The notes beneath the pieces are model-generated. The model was not told the DNA's origin, made no database searches, and worked only from the letters and a program-made list of their open reading frames with translations. A stretch of 64,000 nucleotides of DNA from a virus. Of this stretch, positions 26,721-36,658 are shown one piece after another. The translations under genes were made by a program, and so were the position numbers. Positions within the stretch are counted from its first letter, which is position 1, and each line of letters begins with the position of its first letter. The DNA lies in IMG/VR virus record IMGVR_UViG_3300007513_002727, positions 1 to 64,000 of that record, one strand, 5' to 3'.

Positions 26721-27292
26721 TGTATATTCTTTTCACAGGAGCACCAGGATCAAAATGGAGCAGTGTGGCCAAAAACATTTATAGGTCACCTGACATTGAT
26801 CAATCTGACAGCACCAGTGAAAGGACATACAAGCACGGAAAGGTAAACCATATGGGATCATACTTTGATCCTGGAATGGAATTTGAAAACACAAAAGAAA
26901 ATTGGGATAAACCTTTCTCAGGCACAGGCAAAAGAATTATTAAATCACACACGTTTGCACACGAACTAGACGAACTAAAAACATTAGGTTATCCGATAGT
27001 AATGGTTTATAGGAATGATATTGAATCTTATAAGTGGTGGATTGATGCTGGTGGATTTGATATTACCTATCCTAATTACAGTTATTTTGAGTCTTTAGAA
27101 AAAATGTGGACTCATATACAAAACGAAAACAACGACATAATGCAGTTTATTAAAGACAATCAAAACAGAGTTATTTGTCCTGTAGACAATGTGGATCTTT
27201 GTAGAGCACTCAGTATTAGTTTTCCTGACGCCAACGGCAGGATACATAATTACGAACACAACGATATTAAAGTTTACTTGTACAAACAATGA
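26720..27292 (+). CDS. P-loop sulfotransferase/kinase-like protein
   Basis: N-terminal FTGAPGSKWS, IIKSH, MVYR. Confidence 0.55.
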   Translation: MYILFTGAPGSKWSSVAKNIYRSPDIDQSDSTSERTYKHGKVNHMGSYFDPGMEFENTKENWDKPFSGTGKRIIKSHTFAHELDELKTLGYPIVMVYRNDIESYKWWIDAGGFDITYPNYSYFESLEKMWTHIQNENNDIMQFIKDNQNRVICPVDNVDLCRALSISFPDANGRIHNYEHNDIKVYLYKQ

Positions 27293-27948
27293 ATAAAAGA
27301 ATATTTGCAGAACTACTTACACATAGTCAAAACAACCTAGACAAAATTTCACAACCTTATATCAAAGAAAAATTTGGTGTTGAAGTAAAGAGATGTAACA
27401 CCTTAGAGGAATACGCAGATGTAATTGACGATGCTTGTCTACACAAATACTTCTCCAAGTATTGGCAGAACGATATGAAGAAATGGAAGTACTCTGGACT
27501 TGCCCTAATCAACGAAGTGAATGCTTTAAAGCCAAGAGCAGTGCTTGACGTTGGCTGTGGATACAATGAGTTCAAAGGTAAGATACACAATTTAATTGGT
27601 ATAGATCCTTATAATGATTTAGCAGACCACGAAGTCGGCACACTAGGATATAGGACTGATGAAAAGTTTGATGTTATACTATGTCTTGGCTCAGTAAACT
27701 TTGGTAGCAGGGATAAGATACTTGCAGAAGTAGGCAGATGTGTAGACTTACTAGCAGACGGTGGCACTATGTTCTTCAGGGTGAACCCGGGTTTACAACA
27801 CAACAAGACTGAGGCAAAGTGGATAGAGTTCTATGCATGGAACGTACCTTTTATCATAGAATTATCAGATATTTTTAACCTAAAAATACTAGACATACGT
27901 GATGATAGCAATCAACGTAAGTATTTCATCTATAGGAAAGTAAAATAA
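27289..27948 (+). CDS. class I SAM-dependent methyltransferase
   Basis: VLDVGCG, IGIDP, FDVILCLGS. Confidence 0.85.
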   Translation: MNKRIFAELLTHSQNNLDKISQPYIKEKFGVEVKRCNTLEEYADVIDDACLHKYFSKYWQNDMKKWKYSGLALINEVNALKPRAVLDVGCGYNEFKGKIHNLIGIDPYNDLADHEVGTLGYRTDEKFDVILCLGSVNFGSRDKILAEVGRCVDLLADGGTMFFRVNPGLQHNKTEAKWIEFYAWNVPFIIELSDIFNLKILDIRDDSNQRKYFIYRKVK

Positions 27949-28006
27949 GCATTATTTCCAATAGACATTTACTATAATTCTGTTATAATATTGCTTAAAT
28001 ACCATT

Positions 28007-28306
28007 ATGCAGAAACAAACAAGAAGTATATTAGAAGAATTAAACAATGTATCCTTTACTAAAGACAAGGAAAATGTTGTAGAAAGTCGTGCATCTCATA
28101 TTTTAGACTCGGCAATACGACTTTTAACATACATTAAAGAAAATTTTGAGCCTGAAACTGCATACAAATTAGAAAAACGATTTCATTCAGCAATAAAAAA
28201 TATGGACGCATCTAAGTTTTCAAAAGGCGTTGCTCGTATTAAAGAAAACAAAGACATTAAAGAAAACGTACTTAAAATTAAAAACGGCGACTATAAAGAG
28301 GACTAA
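28007..28306 (+). CDS. conserved hypothetical phage protein
   Basis: MQKQTRSILEEL; both a sigma70 promoter (27962-27989) and TAAATA. Confidence 0.75.
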   Translation: MQKQTRSILEELNNVSFTKDKENVVESRASHILDSAIRLLTYIKENFEPETAYKLEKRFHSAIKNMDASKFSKGVARIKENKDIKENVLKIKNGDYKED

Positions 28307-28308
28307 TC

Positions 28309-29529
28309 ATGTTAATTGAAGATGTCCTATTAGAATTTAAAAGGACTCACTTAGAACATATAGAAGATATTATTATTACAGATGGATTTGAGGGTGGTAA
28401 AGCAGTGATAGAATATTTCCGAGGATTATTACTAACACTTAAAGGTACATCATCAGAAGCAGTTTCAGTATCAGTTAAATGGGATGGTGCTCCTGCTGTG
28501 GTATGTGGTACACATCCTGAAACAGGAAAGTTCTTTGTTGCAACTAAATCAGCATTTGCTCAAAATGCCAAAGTGAATTATACTAAAAACGATATTGCAA
28601 AAAATCATGGCACAGATGATTTAGGACAAAAACTTTTAAAATGTCTTGTACACTTAAAAAAAATAAACATACAAGGAGTAGTACAGGGCGACTTATTGTT
28701 CACTGATGATGATATAACAAGAAAGAATATCGGTGGCCAACCACATATAACATTTACACCTAACACAATTACATATGCAGTACTTGAAGATTCAGAGATT
28801 GGCAAAAGAATTGATGCCGCTAAAGTAGGAATTATATTTCATACAACATATAATGGCGAAACACTTGCAGACATGAGTGCATCAGCAGGTGCAGATGTAG
28901 AAGCATTTGGAGTATCGCCAGATGTATTTTTCGATAATGCAACATACAAAGATGTATCAGGTTCTGCTAAATTTACAGCAGACGAAACAGCACAATTTTA
29001 CAACAGTATTGAAAAGTTAGAAGCACTACTTAATAATATACCTCGTGACTTATCAAGTTTATTAGGACAGAACAATGACTTTGTTGGCTACTTCCAACTA
29101 TATATTAATGCAATGGTCAAGCAAGGACAACTACCAACCAATGTAAATCAATTCTTGCAAGGTTTCAAACAGTTCTATATAGATAGAATGCAACAACAAA
29201 TTGCAGGATTAAAAGCACAAAAGGCTTTAGCACTAAGACAAGACAAAATAAAAAATATGCCTGCATTTTTAAACAGAACCAAAAAGCCATTACAAGCGAT
29301 GCTAACATTTTATAAAGCAGTACAACAAATGAAAGGCTTTATACTTAAAAAAATGAATCAAGCAATGACCATAGGATCATTTGCACAAACAGATAATGGA
29401 TTAGAAGTTACAGATCCAGAAGGATTCGTTGCTGTTGACAAGGCTGGTAATGCTGTTAAACTTGTAGATAGATTAGGATTCTCAAGAAGAAACTTGACTG
29501 CTATCAAAAAATTCCAAAAAACTAATTAA
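28309..29529 (+). CDS. putative virion protein with ligase-like nucleotidyltransferase motifs (DUF6267-like)
   Basis: THLEHIED, VKWDGAPA, FFVATKS, QGDLL, PEGFV, KLVDR. Confidence 0.65.
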   Translation: MLIEDVLLEFKRTHLEHIEDIIITDGFEGGKAVIEYFRGLLLTLKGTSSEAVSVSVKWDGAPAVVCGTHPETGKFFVATKSAFAQNAKVNYTKNDIAKNHGTDDLGQKLLKCLVHLKKINIQGVVQGDLLFTDDDITRKNIGGQPHITFTPNTITYAVLEDSEIGKRIDAAKVGIIFHTTYNGETLADMSASAGADVEAFGVSPDVFFDNATYKDVSGSAKFTADETAQFYNSIEKLEALLNNIPRDLSSLLGQNNDFVGYFQLYINAMVKQGQLPTNVNQFLQGFKQFYIDRMQQQIAGLKAQKALALRQDKIKNMPAFLNRTKKPLQAMLTFYKAVQQMKGFILKKMNQAMTIGSFAQTDNGLEVTDPEGFVAVDKAGNAVKLVDRLGFSRRNLTAIKKFQKTN

Positions 29530-30573
29530 AGTTTTATTAATTTGTTCACTTAACTTTTCTTTATTAAAAAACGTATCATAATTATGTTGTCTTAAAGCAA
29601 TTGTCTGACGATATATATCGCTCCAGTCTTTTGTTTTTAAATCTTTACACAAAGAAACAATAGCATTTATTTTTTTATCTCTATCATTTTCTAAATCATA
29701 TGATTCATCAAAGTAAGAACCAAATGTTTTAAAACCCATCTCTCTTAATTTTTGTAGATACAAATAATTACCATGCACAACAAATACGTGTTGAGCTATA
29801 ATAGGTTTCCATATTTTTTCTGTCATAAAAACTTCGTAATCATTATCGTTAGTTTCAGAAACTATTGAACAAACTGTATCAACATATGGTTGTTCAGTTA
29901 TATCTTGATCCAGCCCCCACTTTGGATAGTCTTCTGGTTTTACCCATGGTAGTTCATGTTCTTGTGTTAATCTAACTGGATTATCTAATCCTAAAAAAGT
30001 ATATAAACTATTTGATAATATGTTTTCTTTTAACAATTTATTATATAATTTAACTCTATGTTCTCTTGGTTGCTTATTCAAATATAAAAAATCATTTTTC
30101 TTATACCAGTAGCTACCAAAATGATCATGAGTAAATTTAAACGTATGATTTAAATGCTTATGGTACATATAACTCCAGAACCAAGATACATCGCCAGTCC
30201 ATATATGATGAGGATAAGGTATGTCTACTTCTTTCATTTTTTCACCAGTAACAAATATTTGAGATTTTATATTATCTAACGATTCCCACGGATTAGCTAA
30301 TACAAATTTAAAACCTTGTTGATGCAAAAGTTCTAATCTATTAATTAAATCATTTTTATAACCACTATTGTCTAGAACTCTATTATTGTGTATTCTCATA
30401 TCAATAAGTGCAAACTTTCTATCGTATTGTTCTAAATCATAATTGTGTAAAGTGTAATACTCTCCTGTGTATTCAAATATTTGATCAGGTATGGAATGCG
30501 TATCAATAAACTGCTCGTATGTTTGATGAGCACCTGTTTTCATTAAATCAGTTAGAAAGAAATTACGTTGCAT
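29482..30573 (-). CDS. putative glycosyltransferase-like protein
   Basis: FLYLNKQPREHR, IVSET, FMTEKIWKPI, LREMGFKTF..FDESYD. Confidence 0.55.
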   Translation of the reverse strand: MQRNFFLTDLMKTGAHQTYEQFIDTHSIPDQIFEYTGEYYTLHNYDLEQYDRKFALIDMRIHNNRVLDNSGYKNDLINRLELLHQQGFKFVLANPWESLDNIKSQIFVTGEKMKEVDIPYPHHIWTGDVSWFWSYMYHKHLNHTFKFTHDHFGSYWYKKNDFLYLNKQPREHRVKLYNKLLKENILSNSLYTFLGLDNPVRLTQEHELPWVKPEDYPKWGLDQDITEQPYVDTVCSIVSETNDNDYEVFMTEKIWKPIIAQHVFVVHGNYLYLQKLREMGFKTFGSYFDESYDLENDRDKKINAIVSLCKDLKTKDWSDIYRQTIALRQHNYDTFFNKEKLSEQINKTLISFLEFFDSSQVSS

Positions 30574-30591
30574 ATACCTATAAATATGAGT

Positions 30592-31446
30592 ATGTTAACA
30601 CCCTTTTTACAGTATGTATCTGAAGCAAGAATAGTAAGACGACAAAGCGACCTACAAAGATATACATTTCAGGAAATTACCGAACGTATATATCTTAGTT
30701 TTCTTACACTATCACTATTAAAAAACTTTAAACAAACAGCAGGATTTGTCAAATCATATGGAACGAATACTCTATCATATGGTGAATTTACTAAAGTACG
30801 AGGCACAGCGAATGACCTTCATAATATGTTGGCAATAGTAGCAGGTGATCCAAGTGTAGTTGAAAAACTTGCAAATAAAAACCAAGCTATGGCACTAAGA
30901 CAAAGACAGAGCGTACCAGTATTAGCAATACGAAGATACCTTAGAAGTTTTAGCAAAGACTATGAATTTTTAACACAATTAGAATCAGCACTAGGTATTA
31001 ACAATATGGATTATAAAAATTTAAGAAGAGCAATTAGTGACTATCCTAGTTTAGATTCAAAAAGAAAACAATATACTGCAACAAGATTACTACAAGCACT
31101 AAAGGCTAAACTATCAGGTACTGACTTACAAAGACAAGCACAAATATTTGCTGACAAACAACATCTTGAATTAGATGATGTAGTAGATGCTGAACGAACA
31201 GTTCCAGGAAAAGAATTAACATCAAATGAACTAGTTGGATACAGATTACTAGTCGGACCAAGTAATGTTAGACGTGCTAAAATTGCCGCTGATATGATAC
31301 GTCAAGGTCGTGCAGTTCCTGCTCCTGTTATGTCTTCTTTCGCTCCTATAGTTAAAATGATCGATGATATAGTAAAAGGCGGTTACACATACGTTAGACT
31401 TGTACAATCTATTCATGACCGAGCAAAAACGAAGACCAAAAAATAG
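30592..31446 (+). CDS. hypothetical (probable virion) protein
   Basis: TATAAATA-N5-ATG; FLQYVSE-AR leader. Confidence 0.7.
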   Translation: MLTPFLQYVSEARIVRRQSDLQRYTFQEITERIYLSFLTLSLLKNFKQTAGFVKSYGTNTLSYGEFTKVRGTANDLHNMLAIVAGDPSVVEKLANKNQAMALRQRQSVPVLAIRRYLRSFSKDYEFLTQLESALGINNMDYKNLRRAISDYPSLDSKRKQYTATRLLQALKAKLSGTDLQRQAQIFADKQHLELDDVVDAERTVPGKELTSNELVGYRLLVGPSNVRRAKIAADMIRQGRAVPAPVMSSFAPIVKMIDDIVKGGYTYVRLVQSIHDRAKTKTKK

Positions 31447-31577
31447 AACTTATTGTTTTAGATGTGCCTGTGATCCACATTGTGATAAAGACTGCAAAAA
31501 TTGTGAAAAGTGTGATACTTGTGACTGTCCAAAATGTTTGCAGAGATTTGCTGTAGATAGCTGAGTAAATATAGTAC

Positions 31578-31955
31578 ATGGCAACACCAAATAACTTTAA
31601 AATAACTAATTCAATTGGAAGTACTGATAACTTTGCAGGTCCTGACGTACAATTCTTTTATATTACATTAATAACAGCAGATGGTAGTACAGTTTTAGAT
31701 GTACGTACAGAATTAGGTTACAACGAAACACTTCATAATTTACAACGAACTATTTTACAAAGAGGTACTATATTATACCAAAGAGTTGAAAACGCCGCTA
31801 CTGGTAGATTAGATATTTGTATGGAAAGACCTGGTTGGACAGCGGCAACACTTCAAACAGCAATAAGAGATATGGGTACAAGTGTTGGTACTAATACTAA
31901 AGACGTTTCTATGTCTACAGTAACCGAGACTGAACTAAAATTAGACAACTCATAA
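31578..31955 (+). CDS. small virion structural protein (paralog family)
   Basis: FAG..VQFF.I...ILQRGTIL...ATLQTAIR; TAAATA upstream. Confidence 0.65.
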   Translation: MATPNNFKITNSIGSTDNFAGPDVQFFYITLITADGSTVLDVRTELGYNETLHNLQRTILQRGTILYQRVENAATGRLDICMERPGWTAATLQTAIRDMGTSVGTNTKDVSMSTVTETELKLDNS

Positions 31956-31976
31956 TATCCTAATTAAATAACTTTA

Positions 31977-32588
31977 ATGTATCCTACAAATTATAGTTTT
32001 TGGGTGGCGTATAAACAACACCAATACAATCCTACCTTTCTCAAAGATGCTGGACCAGGTCAAGAACCACAAAGAGAAACTGCACTCAAATATGTAAAAA
32101 AATGGAATACTTGTATAGATGTTGGAAGTCAATTTGGTTTTTGGACACGACCATTACTAAAAAAATTTAAAACAGTACACTGTTTTGAACCTAATCCTTT
32201 ATTTCGTGAATGCTTTTTAAAAAATATACCATTAGATAATGTAACACTACATCCATATGGATTATCTAATAATGAACACACAGCATATCAAAGTAAAGAT
32301 GGTCAAGTATTAAGTATGAAAGAAGGGTCTGTACAATGCAAAACACTTGATAGTTTCAAATTCAGTAATGTTGATTTTATTAAAATTGATGTTGATGGTT
32401 TTGAACATCAAGTTTTAATAGGTGCAAAACAGACAATTAAAAAGTTTAATCCAGTTATAAACATCGAAATGAAAAAAATGAAAAGATCTTTAACTGTTTT
32501 TAATTGTACTAATTTTTTAAAGAAAAGAGGCTATAGAATGGCCAAACGAGTCAAATCCGACGAGGTATGGGTTAAAAAAGTAATATAA
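31977..32588 (+). CDS. FkbM-family methyltransferase
   Basis: IDVGSQFG, FEPNP, TLDS, FIKIDVDGFE. Confidence 0.9.
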   Translation: MYPTNYSFWVAYKQHQYNPTFLKDAGPGQEPQRETALKYVKKWNTCIDVGSQFGFWTRPLLKKFKTVHCFEPNPLFRECFLKNIPLDNVTLHPYGLSNNEHTAYQSKDGQVLSMKEGSVQCKTLDSFKFSNVDFIKIDVDGFEHQVLIGAKQTIKKFNPVINIEMKKMKRSLTVFNCTNFLKKRGYRMAKRVKSDEVWVKKVI

Positions 32589-32684
32589 CTACTAAATTTA
32601 CCAAACCATTTACTAAATAGAAACATACAGTCACCTGAGCGGTGACTAAAGCCAAATAATCAGAGAATATAAGGAGGATTAAAA

Positions 32685-33104
32685 ATGGCATACGACAGCA
32701 CAATACCAGCAGGCGGTCCAGGAAACTTTGTATCACCAAATCTTGCTATAGAGCATGAAGGGGTAAGAGTTGACTTTATCACTGTTGATTATATAAATGC
32801 GATGAACGGTGAGGTAACACACTCATTAGCATCGGCAAACACAGCGGGTCTTAAATTAGCTATAGAAGCAATCCAAAACCAAGGAGTAAACGTCCTAGGT
32901 TCAGGTGCTTTAGGTAATTCAAACACTGAACAAACTTACATGGTAAGAGCGGACAGTTTAGACACGATTAGTTCAACTACAACGGTAGCGGCAATCCAAA
33001 CGGCAATTAGAGGATTGGACGCCCTAACACCTGACAAAGTAACAGCAACTATATCTTCAGCAACAGCGGCTGACAGAGATATGTCTGATACTCAGGTAGC
33101 ATAA
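32685..33104 (+). CDS. small virion structural protein (paralog family)
   Basis: AAGGAGG SD; VDFITVD...AIQNQG...TYMV...AIQTAIR. Confidence 0.7.
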   Translation: MAYDSTIPAGGPGNFVSPNLAIEHEGVRVDFITVDYINAMNGEVTHSLASANTAGLKLAIEAIQNQGVNVLGSGALGNSNTEQTYMVRADSLDTISSTTTVAAIQTAIRGLDALTPDKVTATISSATAADRDMSDTQVA

Positions 33105-33131
33105 TAATATAAGTTATAGGAGGAAACTAAA

Positions 33132-33545
33132 ATGGCTTATACAGGATCAAGTGTTGCAGGTGGAGAAGGTAACGCAACTTTTCATGCAACAAGTAAATTA
33201 GATTTCTTAGGCAAAGAACTAGAAATCTTCACTGTTGACTTTGTTGACGACATGAGTGGACAAACAGCAAAAGACGCTGACCAGTACACTGCGGAACTTA
33301 CTATAAGAAATTATGGTAATATCGTAGGTGCAGGCCCACTACATAACTCAGACACAGAAAAAACTTACATTTCTGAAGGTACTGATATGTATGTTGGGTC
33401 ACCAGCAAGTGCAGGTGGAACATTCACGTTTACTGAAACAACAGCATCAAGTTCAACAGCAACCCTACAAACAGCTCTTAGAGCAGTTTCGGGACAAAAC
33501 GCATCAACAACAGCGACTAACAAGACGCTAGTAATTGGTACGTAA
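33132..33545 (+). CDS. small virion structural protein (paralog family)
   Basis: GGAGG SD; FLGKELEIFTVDF...IRNYG...TYI...TLQTALR. Confidence 0.7.
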   Translation: MAYTGSSVAGGEGNATFHATSKLDFLGKELEIFTVDFVDDMSGQTAKDADQYTAELTIRNYGNIVGAGPLHNSDTEKTYISEGTDMYVGSPASAGGTFTFTETTASSSTATLQTALRAVSGQNASTTATNKTLVIGT

Positions 33546-33566
33546 TATTAGAAGGAGGAATAAATT

Positions 33567-34109
33567 ATGCCAGCAACAAGTAACAATACAGGCATTATGT
33601 CTAGAAGACAATCTTTCAATGGTAAAGGTTTAACTTTCATTGAAATGATCTTTGATGACGAAATAGCAACAACGGCTTCTAGTCCTGACACTAAAGACAG
33701 TGCTTTTGAAATTTGCAGTGAAATCATCCAAGAAAAAGGAACTTTACTAGCAAAATCTTATTCATTAGGAAACAAATGTACTGAAAAAGATGCGGCGACG
33801 GCGGCTTCAATGACTGAAGACGAATTAATCGACGTATACACTTTCATAGTAGAGGGAACACCAGGTCAGTATAATACTGCAGACTCGGCTGGAGACATTA
33901 ACATGGATCCAGGTCAAGCAGACAGTTCTGACCCAGGCGTTATTGCAGATGCAGAAGCAGACATTGAAACAGAAATTCTAGCTAGACTTTCTGAAAACGA
34001 CTCTGCGGCATCAGTTCACGTTGACGTTAGATATCTTCCAGCAGATGGAGTTACATCAGCAGGTGAAGAAATCATATACGGTGTGAACAGTGCTAGAGTT
34101 AATGGTTAA
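33567..34109 (+). CDS. small acidic virion structural protein (paralog family)
   Basis: GGAGG SD; FNGKGLTFIEM...IIQEKGTLL...TFIVE. Confidence 0.7.
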   Translation: MPATSNNTGIMSRRQSFNGKGLTFIEMIFDDEIATTASSPDTKDSAFEICSEIIQEKGTLLAKSYSLGNKCTEKDAATAASMTEDELIDVYTFIVEGTPGQYNTADSAGDINMDPGQADSSDPGVIADAEADIETEILARLSENDSAASVHVDVRYLPADGVTSAGEEIIYGVNSARVNG

Positions 34110-34135
34110 TAATTAACTACTAGAAATTAAATTAC

Positions 34136-34170
34136 CAAAAGGGCGGATCTTTTTTAGGTTCGCCCTTTTG
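34136..34170 (+). terminator. intrinsic terminator
   Basis: CAAAAGGGCGGATCT...AGGTTCGCCCTTTTG. Confidence 0.8.
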
Positions 34171-34200
34171 TCACAATTAAATATCCAAAAGGAGTTTACA

Positions 34201-34440
34201 ATGGAAAAATTTGTAGTAGAGATATGTGTTGGAGATGAAATTGAAATTGGACGTTTTCATCTTGCTAAACAAAAAATAACAGAGATTAATTTAGACAAAT
34301 GGGGTCATCCAATAGTAACTACTACTAGTGGTAGAAAAGTTGGACTATTTGCTAAAAGATTAAAGAAATTAATACCAGAAGAAGATATAAAACGAAATAT
34401 AGCATTAGAAGATTACGTAGAAGAAGACAATAGAAAATAA
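34201..34440 (+). CDS. small SH3-like protein, paralog of 54547-54756
   Basis: AGGAG SD; VGDEIEIGRF...I.LDKWGHP. Confidence 0.7.
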   Translation: MEKFVVEICVGDEIEIGRFHLAKQKITEINLDKWGHPIVTTTSGRKVGLFAKRLKKLIPEEDIKRNIALEDYVEEDNRK

Positions 34441-35075
34441 TGCCTACACCGTTAGAAAATACTCTATCTATAATTCTAGGTCCAGAAAATTATATGAGGG
34501 AAAAAGATCCCTACATATACGATATTCCAGAATCAAACCTATGTTGGTTACATAACTGCGGATCAGCATCTAAATCTACATTAACATGGTTAAGAAGAGA
34601 CTATGGTAATATGAAAAAAATGAAGCCTGACGAATTAAAAACAAATGAAAAACCTGCTTTTGTTTTATTACATGAACCGGAGTATAGATGGTGGAATGGT
34701 GTAATAGAATGGGGAACAAATTTTGATGACTACGCATGGTTTAAAAATGAAAAAATAATGGAATGGTGGCCACACTTTGATAGATTTACACTAGCACCAT
34801 GGGAACTTATTGAACAAACTAAAGTACAACATTACATAAAAGTTAGTCCAGACTTACCTGAAAAAATGGAAAATTTTTGCAGAGAACAAAACCTAAAATT
34901 ATATGGTGAATTTCCGTATAAAAAACCTAGGTGGAGAACAGTTAAGTACATAGAGAGAATGGCAAAGGCTTTAAGGCCTGCGTTGGAAACTGAGATGAGA
35001 AGAAATCCAAAGTTAAGACAAAAGTTAGATGAGTATTTAGAAAAAGACTACGAGTATTACAATAAAGCAAAATAA
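34440..35075 (+). CDS. sulfotransferase-fold-like hypothetical protein
   Basis: Weak: GSASKST, VLLHEPEYRWWNG, YLEKDYEYY. Confidence 0.4.
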   Translation: MPTPLENTLSIILGPENYMREKDPYIYDIPESNLCWLHNCGSASKSTLTWLRRDYGNMKKMKPDELKTNEKPAFVLLHEPEYRWWNGVIEWGTNFDDYAWFKNEKIMEWWPHFDRFTLAPWELIEQTKVQHYIKVSPDLPEKMENFCREQNLKLYGEFPYKKPRWRTVKYIERMAKALRPALETEMRRNPKLRQKLDEYLEKDYEYYNKAK

Positions 35076-35545
35076 TGTACGAATTTCGTGTCCACACACT
35101 TGTTGATATAACAGATAACGGAAACTTAAAAAAAGAATTTCCTTTTAAAACAACTGGAGGTGAAGTGGTTCATGACAAAAATACTTTAACCATTGCACGA
35201 CATCAAAATTCTAACTTCAATACAATGATACAATTACTTCAAATGAGAGGTAACATTACTTGGGAGTTACCGCCTATAAGAGTAAATGAAACTCTAGGAA
35301 ATAGTGCATTTGGTACTGCTTATGAAGGCAAACACATATCATGGCACTTTACATTTTTCTCAGAACAAACAGATGTTTATGGTGAACCACAACACCCAAC
35401 CGCACAACTACTTGATGACTTTCATTTAGTACCTATATTAAATTTTTGCAAGGAAACTGCAACTTTTCCAACAGCAACTTTTATAACACAAAATTCTGAA
35501 ACAATAAACACGTACTTTTCGTACGCTGGAGAAATTAATAAATAG
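35075..35545 (+). CDS. conserved hypothetical structural protein
   Basis: TLVDIT...QNSNFNTMIQLLQMR...FG..Y.G....W.F.F. Confidence 0.65.
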   Translation: MYEFRVHTLVDITDNGNLKKEFPFKTTGGEVVHDKNTLTIARHQNSNFNTMIQLLQMRGNITWELPPIRVNETLGNSAFGTAYEGKHISWHFTFFSEQTDVYGEPQHPTAQLLDDFHLVPILNFCKETATFPTATFITQNSETINTYFSYAGEINK

Positions 35546-35587
35546 TAATGATTAAGGCAAACACAGGCAAACATAGGCAGTTAAGGC

Positions 35588-35887
35588 ATGACACAGACAG
35601 AGTACCTAGCGGTAAAAAGAGATTTATTAAATTTAAAAAAAGAATTGGAATTTATGCCAACTGAGTTAGAAAAAACAAACCTAGAAGCACACGTTGACTT
35701 ATGTAGCGAAAGATACAAAGGTCTACACGACAGATTGTCGGCGATTGAACTGCGACTAGGAAAAATGCACGATGATCAAGACAAGAATCACAAAGGTCAG
35801 ACAAAAACAATTATAGCCACAGCAGGTACAGTAGTGGCAGGATTATTATCAACAGTAGTTGTAATCCTAATGAAAATGCCTAGTTAA
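35588..35887 (+). CDS. coiled-coil protein with C-terminal TM (possible lysis or holin-like); start may be 35654
   Basis: LEAHVDLCSERY coiled coil plus TM IIATAGTVVAGLLSTVVVIL. Confidence 0.6.
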   Translation: MTQTEYLAVKRDLLNLKKELEFMPTELEKTNLEAHVDLCSERYKGLHDRLSAIELRLGKMHDDQDKNHKGQTKTIIATAGTVVAGLLSTVVVILMKMPS

Positions 35888-35919
35888 TATAACTACTTTA
35901 AACATCAATTACCAAATAT

Positions 35920-36156
35920 ATGTTCGTACAAATAGCACCCCATGTAAAAGTATTCCTTACCAACACCCAAGTTGAATTTGTTAACAAATACAAGGATAAA
36001 GAATCATTTCGTAGCACAGATTTATTACCAGAAGAAGTGGAAATTGCAAGAATACTAGGAGATAAAAGTATCTTCGTAAGAAAAAAACTTGACATTGGCA
36101 TACAATACGCTTTAAATAGACGTATTAGATTTGTACAAAATGCCATTAAAAAATAA
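35920..36156 (+). CDS. hypothetical protein
   Basis: 78 aa; A..L.DKSIFVRK. Confidence 0.65.
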   Translation: MFVQIAPHVKVFLTNTQVEFVNKYKDKESFRSTDLLPEEVEIARILGDKSIFVRKKLDIGIQYALNRRIRFVQNAIKK

Positions 36157-36643
36157 ACAAGAATTAGTAAGACAAATTGAGGCTTATGGTCTTAAAAATA
36201 AACTTGCAGAATTAGCACGTAAAGAAGTAGCAAAAAAACCATTCCGTCATTTACCCAAGCAGTTCTCTAAAGGGATCCTTATAGGAAACATAGCAATCGT
36301 ACCTAAAAAGCATACAGGCACAAGATATGTCTACGTAATAGCAGACATGATTGGGGCAAAACTACTATATGAAGATATAAACTTAAAACAAACAGCAATT
36401 CTTGTGGCACACCATTTGGCAGATAGTAAAAATCCACCTAGGGAGGTATTGGAACACGACACACATTTTGCTTCACAACTGTTTAATATAACAAGTGCTA
36501 AAGGTATGATTAAAATGGCACAAAAAGAACGTAATAATAGTATGGAAGAGATATATACACAGCGATTAGAAGATGCACACCGATTAGCCGATGAATATAA
36601 GGGTAAAATACAAGAAATATTCCAATCTACCTTTGGTGTTTAA
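36140..36643 (+). CDS. hypothetical protein
   Basis: Coupled ORF in the late block. Confidence 0.7.
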   Translation: MPLKNKQELVRQIEAYGLKNKLAELARKEVAKKPFRHLPKQFSKGILIGNIAIVPKKHTGTRYVYVIADMIGAKLLYEDINLKQTAILVAHHLADSKNPPREVLEHDTHFASQLFNITSAKGMIKMAQKERNNSMEEIYTQRLEDAHRLADEYKGKIQEIFQSTFGV

Positions 36644-36658
36644 TAACTAAATAACAAT

